From Octopus sinensis (lineage: Eukaryota): a stretch of DNA of 19,238 nt. A model generated the notes under the pieces. The model saw only the letters and a program-made list of their open reading frames with translations, searched no databases and was not told the origin of the DNA. The position numbers and the translations under genes are program-made. Each line of letters begins with the position of its first letter. Within the stretch, counting starts at the first letter, position 1. Shown one piece after another: positions 1 to 8,547 of this stretch. Where the stretch lies: contig NW_021824267.1 in the NCBI RefSeq assembly GCF_006345805.1, positions 1-19,238 of the forward strand. Direction: 5' to 3'.

Positions 1-334
1 ATGAAGAAAGGCTGAAGACGCTCGACCTTTATTCTCTAGAAAAACGCCGCCGCTGTGGTGATCTTATTCTCGCTCACAACATCATAAGCAGAAAGTGTTA
101 CCTCTCGAAAGAGCTGTTCTTCACTCCTGCCCCAGGGCGTCGGCTGCGGGGTCATTCCGAAAAGCTCTATCTGCGACGATTTCATCTCAATCGAAGGAGA
201 GGGGCTTTCTCCGTCCGGGTTGCGGATCCGTGGAACAAGCTGCCAGACGAGATGGTGAAGATGCCGACGACCGCTTTGTTCAAAGTCTTCCTTGACCTCA
301 AGTGGCCTGAACTCTTTACATGAACACTACCCTG
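1..334 (+). mobile_element. 3' end of a CR1-like non-LTR retrotransposon (ORF2 C-terminus, frameshifted, plus start of 3' UTR)
   Basis: Manual translation from nt 3 gives EERLKTLDLYSLEKRRRCGDLILAHNII. After a frameshift near 135 it gives RRLRGHSEKLYLRRFHLNRRRGAFSVRVADPWNKLPDEMVKMPTTALFKVFLDLKWPELFT-stop (TGA 321-323). The EERL/SLE.RR..GDLI/RGH/FS.RV...WN.LP motifs are typical of CR1-group ORF2 C-termini. Confidence 0.85.
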
Positions 335-336
335 TA

Positions 337-1628
337 CGAGGGGCGTTCAATAAGTAATGCTCCTGACCCACTTCCCATAGCAGTAGAGCAACGAAACTTG
401 GCACAGGTATTAGTCTTTTTCAGCATAGGAACAACCCAGAGTTACGCATTTCTCCCATCGTTTGATACAGCTCTGGAGACCGTTTTCATAGAAGACCCCA
501 GCTTGGTCCTCCAACCACGACGTGACTTCAGAAATCAAGGCTGCATCATCTGGGAAACGCTTTCCTTTCAAAAACAACTTCATGGCTGGGAAGAGGTGAA
601 AATCAGAGGGTGCAAGGTCAGGAGAGTAGGGGGTGGGGGAAGTGTTCATAGCCGCACGCCTGTGCTTCTGATCTGGTGACACGCGAGTTGTGGACCGGAG
701 CGTTGTCCTGCAGGAGGAGGATGCCTTTGCTGATCTTGCCCCGCCTCTTGGTTTTGATAGCTTCTCTTAATTTCCTCAAAAGTGAAGCATGATAGGCTCC
801 TGTAATTGTGGTACCCATTGCCAGGAAATCTGTCATCACTACTCCGTCCTGGTCCCAGAAGACTGTGGAGCATGACCTTGCCAGCGGAGGGCTGCACCCT
901 TGCCTTCTTTGGAGGAGGTGAGTCATGGTGCTTCCACTGCATTGACTGGGCTTTGGTCTCTGGATCATGGTGAAGGACCCAGGTCTCATCCTGTGTAATC
1001 AGTCTTTTGAAAATTTTGACTCATCTTCTTGGCACATCCCTAAATTCATCCTCGAGCACTCGACGCGTTCTTCTTGCTTCAGGAAAAGTGTGAGCAACCT
1101 GGGAATCCCTCTGGCAGACACCTTTTGCATATGCAAATGGTCATGAATGATAGTTTCACAGACCCGGTACTAATCTTGACCTCATGGGCTATTTGGCGAA
1201 TAGTTATGCGTCCATCTTCCAAAATGGCACCTCAACTTGACGGACAGATGCCTCATCAATGGCAGAAGGGGTGCGACCAGATCTGGGAGCTGTTTCCACA
1301 GAGTTCCGACCATGTTTGAATTCACGATGCCAGCGTTTTACAAGGTCATATGATGGGGCATCATCACCATAAGTTATTTTCATTTCATCAAAAGTCTCCT
1401 GTGGTGTGCGTCATTTCAAATACAAAAACCGGATAACTGCTCGACACTCAACAGGCTCCATTTCCCACTTGACTCATTTCAAACACATGTAAATCAGAAA
1501 CCACTATTAGTTCGGAGCTGTAATTTGCCACTTAATCTATAGAGATATAAATAATTACACATGCAAAATCTCAGCTAGATCAATCAACGGCAAATGGGTC
1601 AGAGGCATTACTTATTGAACGCCCCTCG
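337..1628 (-). mobile_element. Full-length mariner (Tc1/mariner, DD34D type) DNA transposon, 1292 bp
   Basis: 34-bp TIRs at 337-370 (cgaggggcgttcaataagtaatgctcctgaccca) and 1595-1628, with 2 mismatches. TA duplication at 335-336 and 1629-1630. Typical mariner length and an internal transposase remnant. Confidence 0.95.
410..1461 (-). pseudogene. Mariner transposase pseudogene
   Basis: ATG at 1461 (MEPVECRAVIRFLYLK), premature TGA at codon 17 (1413-1411), and frameshifts near 880 and 650. Motifs: GIPRLL (degenerate WVPHEL), QDETW, QDNAPVH, YSPDLAPSDFHLFP. Stop TAA at 412-410. Confidence 0.93.
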
Positions 1629-1630
1629 TA

Positions 1631-1693
1631 CATAACTCCATGTCCCCCTACATGGCCTTGCTTTTTGCTTTTTGAGGCCAAAATTTACTAACT

Positions 1694-1696
<3 letters not shown>
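1631..1696 (+). mobile_element. Remainder of the CR1-like LINE 3' UTR, downstream of the mariner
   Basis: cataactccatgtccccctacatggccttgctttttgctttttgaggcc matches the reverse complement of the uninterrupted copy at 9370-9417. Confidence 0.85.

Positions 1697-1731
<35 letters not shown>
1697..1731. repeat. (AT)n microsatellite
   Basis: Perfect AT run. Confidence 0.95.
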
Positions 1732-1737
<6 letters not shown>

Positions 1738-1928
1738 CCAAACATGAACAAAGAGAAAACAAAACAACTCGAGGACGTGGAACAAGTATAGTATTATTGG
1801 ACGGTCAGGAAAGGAAAGAAAGAAGGAGGATTTAACGTTTCGAGCGGAGTTCTTCGTCAGAAACAGAAAAAGGAAAGGTCCAAGGAAGGGAAGACGGAGG
1901 AAGAAAATCGCCAACGATACACACGCGG
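1731..1928 (-). mobile_element. Probable Penelope-like (PLE) terminal-repeat fragment
   Basis: Minus strand carries CTGACGA...GAAACGTT in a pyrimidine-rich context, the arrangement typical of PLE termini. Bounded by microsatellites. No RT or GIY-YIG ORF is present. Confidence 0.5.
1830..1864 (-). ncRNA. Minimal type I hammerhead ribozyme-like motif
   Basis: Minus strand reads GUUU-CUGACGA-A-GAAC-UCC-GCUC-GAAA-C-GUU-AAAU: full core, helix II with one mismatch, palindromic ACGU helix III, 4-bp helix I. Confidence 0.5.
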
Positions 1929-2236
1929 TGTGCGTGAGTGAGTGTGTGTGTGTGTATGGGTATGTATGTGGGTGTGCGCGCGTACCGTTTTAAAGCAGTG
2001 TAAATACCTTATCCATAAGCTGGAGGCTACATTCTAAGAGTTCAAGTAAAAAATTCGATAAGCATCGATAAAAGTTGCTTCATTATTTCCTTACATATTT
2101 ATTTCTGCAATCTCCTAATTTAGTATCAGATTGAAAGAAAAGAGAGTAAAACTGTGTAACACATGAAACGAAAAACTGATTTGGTAGCGGAAACAATGCG
2201 AGCGACTTTCTTAATTTCTGTATGTATGTATATATA

Positions 2237-2652
2237 GGCGCAGGAGTGGCTGTGTGGTAAGTAGCTTGCTAACCAACCACATGGTTCCGGGTTCAGTCCC
2301 ACTGCGTGGCATCTTGGGCAAGTGTCTTCTGCTATAGCCCCGGCCGACCAATGCCTGTGAGTGGATTTGGTAGACGAAACTGAAAACCTGTCGCATATAT
2401 GTATATATATATGTATGTGTGTGTTTGTGTGTCTGTGTTTGTCCCCCTGGCATTGCTTGACAACCGATGCTGGTGTGTTTAACGTCCCCGTCCGTCCTTG
2501 CGGTTCGGCAAAGAGACCGATAGAATAAGTACTGGGCTTACAAAGAATGAGTCCTGGGGTCGATTTGCTCGACTAAAGGCGGTGCTCCAGCATGGCCGCA
2601 GTCAAATGACTGAAACAAGTAAAAGAGTAAAAGAGTAAAAGAGTAAAAGAGT
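2237..2652 (+). mobile_element. tRNA-derived SINE, family A, full length
   Basis: Box A TGGCTGTGTGG, box B GGTTCAGTCCC, internal TA/TG microsatellite, 3' GGCGGTGCTCCAGCATGGCCGCAGTC...GAAACAAGT and (GAGTAAAA)n tail. Several homologous copies in the window. Confidence 0.9.
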
Positions 2653-2973
2653 ATGTGGCTGCTACGAGACGAGAATCGGGAGACTTGGTGTATTTCCTTT
2701 CTTCTCGCAGCCCATCAAACAGAATAAATAGCTTAAAATGAAATGAATAAAAAAAAAAAACTCTGCAATGACAAGCGCGGGACGAGCGCATTTTATTCTC
2801 TTCGTACCTGCATGATCACATGTTGAGAGGTAAATTTAGCAGCGAAATACAGCCTTTTTTTGCGAATCTCATTTCCTGTGTAAGCGATTGTATATCTTCA
2901 TCTCAAGATATTCGTTACATACAATTTCCATTACATTTAACAGTGTCTGTTTTTGTATCTTAATTAAAATGTT

Positions 2974-2975
<2 letters not shown>

Positions 2976-3047
<72 letters not shown>

Positions 3048-3070
3048 AGGAAAGAGAGAGAGAGAGAGAG
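2976..3070. repeat. (AG)n microsatellite
   Basis: Long GA run with one short interruption. Confidence 0.95.
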
Positions 3071-3249
3071 CTATGTGCATTTTGTGGTTAGCGTTTTCCC
3101 TTTGGTTTTTCCTTCAACGTTTGTTTCATAATATTACTTTCGTTTCTATCTTATAAAGAAAATAAGAAACAAACCTTTATCGTTTAAATATATAAGTTTA
3201 AAAAGATATATCTCTTAGGCATGTGAAAATAAATAACTAACAGTCCCTC

Positions 3250-3548
3250 CTATTAAAGGCACAAGGCACGAAATTTGTAGGCGGAGGCTTAGCGATTAAA
3301 TTAACACATTTTTGTCGTATATAATTCTCTTTACTATTATAGGTACAAAGCATGAAGTTTGGTGGGTGGGTGAGGGATTAAGTCGATTACATCAACCCCA
3401 GTGCATAACTGGTGCTAATTTTATCGACCCCGAAAGGATGAAAGGCAAAGTCGACCTCGGCAGAATTTGTACTCAGAGCGTAACGGCAGACGAAATACCG
3501 CTAAGCATTTCGCCCAGCGTGCTAACAATTCTGCCAGCTCGCCGCCTT
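3250..3548 (-). mobile_element. SINE family B copy with a variant 3' part
   Basis: Reverse complement of GGCGGCGAGCTGGCAGAA...GAGTACAAATTCTGCCGAGGTCGACTTTGCCTTTCATCCTTTCGGGGTCGATAAA, homologous to 11757-11990. Confidence 0.85.
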
Positions 3549-3555
3549 TTGTCGG

Positions 3556-3557
<2 letters not shown>

Positions 3558-3626
<69 letters not shown>
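3558..3626. repeat. (AAT)n microsatellite
   Basis: Perfect trinucleotide run; source of the poly-I/L/N ORFs. Confidence 0.95.
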
Positions 3627-3790
3627 TCAATGCTTTATTCTATAGAATACTATAAAAAATTAGAGTAAAAGTGAATATAATTTGTATGGGTATTTCAAAT
3701 TGTTGCCATGACTCTTTCACAATATAATAGCTTCAGTTTCAACAAAAGACCTCAAATCAGATCATTTGCCAAAAAGAAAATAGGGTGCTA

Positions 3791-4144
3791 CTTTGGCATG
3801 TGATCTACAATTTAAAGAGCGATTACTTTAGACTACCTTTTAGTGTACTTTCCAATTTCTAAAAACTCCTAAGATGCTGGCGAAAGATTTTTTACAATAA
3901 AATCTTTTGTACATACTTAGCATTGTAAATGTATTTTTTCGAAGTTCTTACTATTTTAATAATAATAAAACCATGTTTTATTTAAGTCTTTATAAATAAT
4001 AATACGAAACCAAGAATAAACAATATAATAATTAAAATAAGCGCATAGATCACACAAGTTTGGAAGTTGTGAGTTTTGCAATGTAAAGAAACTAAAAACT
4101 AACCTAAATTAATCGCCCTTGAAGTTGTAGATCACACGCCAAAA
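3791..4144. mobile_element. MITE-like element with 54-bp imperfect TIRs
   Basis: 3791-3844 versus the reverse complement of 4091-4144 match at 44/54, core TGTGATCTACAA. TA on both flanks (3789-3790, 4145-4146). AT-rich non-coding interior. Confidence 0.7.
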
Positions 4145-4514
4145 TAGAGACGAAAATTGTACAGCTCCAGAACAGAAGGTAACGATTTTATCAAAAGCTG
4201 TAAGTTATTCTTTCTCGAAAGCGTAACGGCTGTTTCACGTTTATTTGTAAATATATCACGCAACACATTGAGTCCGACCTTGTTGGGTCTCATTAATTTC
4301 AGTATAGACAGAATCGTACATGTTCCACGTGTACGCATGTATGCATGCATACATACATATATACATGTGTGTATGTATGTGTATTTGTGTGTGCACGTGT
4401 GTATACGATGTGTGTGAATGTGCGCATGCGTAAATATATATATATTTAAGTAGTACGCTTGTCTGTATCTATAACGTTACTACAAAATCTGTTCCTCGCC
4501 AATATATATATATA

Positions 4515-4983
4515 TTACTCTTTCACTCTTTTACTTGTTTCAGTCATTTGACTGTGACCATGCTGGAGCACCACCTTTAGTCGAGCAAATCGAGCCCAGG
4601 ACTTATGCTTCGTATTCTATCGGTTTCTTATGCCGAACCGCTAAGTTACGGGGACGTAAACACACCAGCATCGGTTGTCAAGCGATGTTGGGGGGACAAA
4701 CACAGACAAACTTATACACACACACACACACACTCACACACACACACACACACACACACAACACACACATATATATATATACACACATATATATACATAT
4801 ATATATTCTATATATACGACGGGCTTCTTTCTGTTTCCGTCTACCAAATCCACTCACAAGGCTTTGGTCGGCCTGAGGCTATAGTAGAAGAGACTTGCCC
4901 AAGGTGCCACGCAGTAGGACTGAACTAGGAACTATGTGGTTCGTAAGTAAGCAAGCTACTTACAACACACCCTCTCCTACGCC
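4515..4983 (-). mobile_element. SINE family A, full length
   Basis: Reverse complement of the 2237-2652 element, with an expanded internal AC/AT microsatellite. Confidence 0.9.
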
Positions 4984-5418
4984 TATATATATATATATTA
5001 TATATATATATATATATGTATATAATGTGGGCAAGTAAAAGAAAGATAATGAATCAAAACAACGGTTAACCGTAGACGCGTTGTAGCATCGAGCGCTCAT
5101 GTAGCAGAATCATGTATGTCCGTAAGAGACAGTGTTAGCTGCGTTGTATGATATAACTAAAATGATAATTAACTCCCCTTTCAAAAATACATTGAGTACT
5201 CTGAAGTAATACTTACCAACAGTCAATCACTACCTATCAAATCGTAGGTATAACTAATATATCCACTTGAAAGAAAATTAGATTAAGATACCGACGTATC
5301 ATTTATGTGGAACGGTAATAGCTGTAATATTTCATCTTAGAGAAACTTCTCAAAGACATTTGTGTGTCAAAAAAAAAAAAAAAAAAAAACTCAGCTCACA
5401 CAGAATGTCGTCGGTGGA

Positions 5419-5464
5419 TCATCTGACACAATGTTTCGAATTAATTTAATCTCCTCAGTGACGA
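5419..5464 (-). ncRNA. Type I hammerhead ribozyme motif, catalytic core intact
   Basis: Minus strand: UCGUCA-CUGAGGA-GAUUAAAUUAAUUC-GAAA-CAUUGUGUC-AGAUGA. GUC triplet at 5427-5425, helix III ACA/UGU, helix II closed by G-C, helix I 5 bp with an A.A mismatch next to the cleavage site. Confidence 0.7.
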
Positions 5465-5776
5465 ACACTATCGGATACTCTGTGCTAAATCGAATAATAT
5501 TCGTTCCAAAATAAAAATTGATAATCAAAGCATTTACTGTTTTGTACAAAAGCTAACTACGCTTGTGTATTAAATCAATATAGACACTTTAAACAGAGTT
5601 AGATTAAAACAACGATGTGTGTGTGTGGTGTGTGTGTGTGTGTGTGTTGTGTGTGTGTGTGTGTGTGTATAAACGTGGAGCGGTACTGACTGTACTATCT
5701 TTTCTAAGAGAAACTTCTCAGAAAGAGATTTGAGTGTTAAAACAACACCAGACTCTCTAAGAATATTGCCCGCGGA

Positions 5777-5822
5777 TCATCGGACACGGGGTTTTAATCT
5801 AATTTGGTCTCCTCAGCGATGA
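5777..5822 (-). ncRNA. Degenerate type I hammerhead motif (G12 lost)
   Basis: Minus strand: UCAUCG-CUGAGGA-GACCAAAUUAGAUU-AAAA-CCCCGUGUC-CGAUGA. Perfect 6-bp helix I and GUC triplet, but GAAA has become AAAA. Gap-free alignment to 5419-5464. Confidence 0.55.
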
Positions 5823-5970
5823 AAAACCTCGGACACTCTGAGCTAAGACGAAAAATATTCGCTCCCGTACAGAAATCGGCAAACAAAACATCCACTAATT
5901 TGTTCGAAAGCTAAGCAAGCAAAATAAAATGAAATTAATACAGGCTCTTGGAAGAACGTTAGATTAATAT

Positions 5971-6281
5971 CACCGTGATCACCGTGACCGACCAGGCTAT
6001 CAGATGTTGCTACACATCGCTGGTCACAATGCGCTTCACATTGTTTTAGCCTTCAAATGGCGCCACCCCGTTGGCTAAGCGAGCAGACCAACAGAAGAAA
6101 GAATGAGAGAAAGTTGGAGCGAAAGAGTACAGCAGGGATCGCCATCACTCCCTGCCGGAGCCTCGTGGAGCTTTAGGTGTTTTCGCTCAATAAACACATA
6201 CAACGCCCGGTCTGGGAATCGAAACCGCGATCCTACGACTGCAAGTCTGCTGCTCTAACCACTGGGCCATTGCGCCTCCAC
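5971..6281 (-). mobile_element. tRNA-derived SINE, family C, full length (311 bp)
   Basis: Head GTGGAGGCGCAATGGCCCAGTGGTTAG (box A) and GGTTTCGATTCCC (box B); tail (CACGGTGAT)2; flanked by the 18-bp direct repeat AGAACGTTAGATTAATAT. Confidence 0.9.
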
Positions 6282-6299
6282 AGAACGTTAGATTAATAT

Positions 6300-6610
6300 C
6301 ACCGTGATCACCGTGACCGACCATGCTATCAGATGTTGCTACACATCGCTGGTCACAATGCGCTTCACATTGTTTTAGCCTTCAAATGACGTCACCCCGC
6401 TGGCTAAGCGAGCAGGCCAACAGAAGAAAGAGTGAGAGAAAGGTGTGACGAAAGAGTACAACAGGGTTCGCCACCACCCCCTGCCGGAACCTCGTGGAGC
6501 TTTAGGTGTTTTCGCTCAATAAACACTCACAACGCCCGGTCTGGGAATCGAAACCGCGATCCTACGACTGCAAGTCCGCTGCCCTAACCACTGGGCCATT
6601 GTGCCTCCAC
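6300..6610 (-). mobile_element. SINE family C, second adjacent copy (311 bp)
   Basis: 20 substitutions and no indels relative to 5971-6281; flanked by AGATTAATAT at 6290-6299 and 6611-6620. Confidence 0.9.
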
Positions 6611-6633
6611 AGATTAATATATGCACATGAATT

Positions 6634-6978
6634 GATGATGACCTCCTTCGGTCAGACACTGACCATGGGTTTGCACCTAGAGAGTTACTCTCTGAGGCAC
6701 AAGTCTGGGCAAGGTTGTTTTATGGAAGACCAGCAGTCGCACATGCATACCGGCCTCCCCTCTCCACGTCACCGATGTTGTCCAAGGGAAAGGCAAAGGG
6801 GCCGATACAGCTCGGCACCTGTGACGTCGCAACTCATTTCTACAGCTGAGTGAAACTGGAGCAACGTGAAATAAAGTGTCTTGCTCAAGAACACAACACG
6901 CAGCACGGTCCGGGATTCGAGCTCACAACCTCACGATCGTAAGCTCGACGCTCTAACCACTGAGCCACGCGCCTTCAC
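6634..6978 (-). mobile_element. tRNA-derived SINE, family D
   Basis: Head GTGAAGGCGCGTGGCTCAGTGGTTAGAGCG...GAGCTCGAATCCC; central TTCTTGAGCAAGACACTT; 3' hairpin GGTCAG-TGT-CTGACC; 11-bp TSD GCACATGAATT at 6623-6633 and 6979-6989. Confidence 0.9.
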
Positions 6979-7257
6979 GCACATGAATTAGCGTCGGATT
7001 AACATAACGATAACACGAACAATGCTAAGTGCAATTCACTTGTTTAATTTTTCGGCCGATTTCCTTCCGTCAGTCTGAAGAAAAGCAATTCTTTATTCTT
7101 TATGTTCCGGCGAAATGTACCGCGGCCTAAACTAAAATAAATAGCTGACATCTGTGTACAGTTTCCCCTTCCTCTACGCTGAGGAATATTAAACGCACAA
7201 AATATTAATTAATGCCTTGAGTGATTCTAAATAGGTATTTTGTTTTGATATCTATTA

Positions 7258-8045
7258 GGCGCAGGAGTGGCTGTGTGGCTGTGTGGCTGTGTGGTAAGTA
7301 GCTTGCTCACCAACCACATGGATCAGGGTTCAGTCCCACTGCGTGGCAAGTGTCTTCTATTATAGCCTCGGGCCGACCAAAACCTTGTGAGTAGATTTGG
7401 TAGACGGAAACTGAAAGAAGCCCGTAGTATATATGTATATATATATATAGGCGTAGGAGTGGCTGTGTGATAAGTAGCTTGTTTACCAACCACATGGTTC
7501 CGGGTTCAGTCCCACTGCGTGGCACCTTGGGCAAGTGTCTTCTACTGTAGCCTCGGGCTACCAAAACCTTGTGAGTAGATTTGGCAGACGGAAACTGAAA
7601 GAAGTCCATAGTATATATGTATATATATATAGGCGTAGGAGTGGCTGTGTGATAAGTAGCTTGTTTACCAACCACATGGTTCCGGGTTCAGTCTCACTGC
7701 GTGGCACCTTGGGCAAGTGTCTTCTACTATAGCCTCGGGCCGACCAAAGCCTTGTGAGTGGATTTGGTAGACGGAAACTGAAAGAAGCCCGTAGTATATA
7801 TGTATATATATATATAAGTGTGTGTGTATATGTTTGTGTGTCTGTGTTTGTCCCCCTAGCATTGCTTGACAACCGATGCTGGTGTGTTTACGTCCCCGTC
7901 ACATAGCGGTTCGGCAAAAGAGACCGATAGAATAAGTACTAGTCTCACAAAGAGTAAGTCCTGGGTGTCGATATGCTCGACTAAAGGCGGTGCTCCAGCA
8001 TGGCCGCAGTCAAATGACTGAAACAAGTAAGAGAGTATAAGAGTA
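7258..8045 (+). mobile_element. SINE family A with three tandem heads and one tail
   Basis: Heads start at 7258, 7450 and 7632, separated by TA-rich spacers. A single 3' half follows the third head. Confidence 0.9.
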
Positions 8046-8462
8046 ATTTAAAAGTTTTATTCGATTCGTGACTTTGCCGCCGAACTTTTTGTTGATGCTA
8101 AAAGCTAGGTTCTAATCAAAAGACGTATATCTGAGACTTACCTCCGACTTTGACCCTTGACCCTTGACCCTATCCTCGACTCGCAGGCGCGCGACCTTTA
8201 ATCCTGAACACTCCAAACCAATTAGCAAAGAGACGAACAGCGCTCAGTGAAGGCAACGTCCTCCTCTTGTCAAAAGACCACACGTGCGTTTGGGGAAATC
8301 TGTCAAGGAACGAGGGCAGAGATGTACCCACACACACATAAACATACATATAAACATACACACGCATAGTTAGTTGCATAGATGCATACACAAATTCTCT
8401 CTCCCTCTCTCTTTCCCTCTTTCGCCCTCTGTGTGTCATATATATAAAACCGTGTGTGTATG

Positions 8463-8501
<39 letters not shown>

Positions 8502-8547
8502 CATACACACACACATACACACACACACATCCAAACAAACGTACATA

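Larger units (their letters stand above)
5255..5970 (-). repeat. Diverged head-to-tail repeat: two units of about 320-360 bp plus a partial third
   Basis: TTAGATTAA recurs at 5278, 5599 and 5959; GAGAAACTTCTC at 5340 and 5708; GGATCATC.GACAC and TCTCCTCAG blocks are co-linear. About 70% identity by eye. Unit length differences come from a poly-A and a (GT)n expansion. Confidence 0.8.

Noticed and set aside
12-18. CTGAAGA here, and similar heptamers at about 7074 and 7179, as hammerhead cores
   Set aside because: No helix II/GAAA/UH arrangement; the first lies in LINE coding sequence.
2695-2760. Possible plus-strand terminal exon (strong acceptor at 2710, PIKQNK-stop, AATAAA)
   Set aside because: Too short and not supported by any upstream exon; such signals arise by chance in 19 kb.
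5971-6978. SINE heads as genuine tRNA genes
   Set aside because: They have box A/B but run straight into SINE bodies with tails and TSDs; acceptor stems are not intact.
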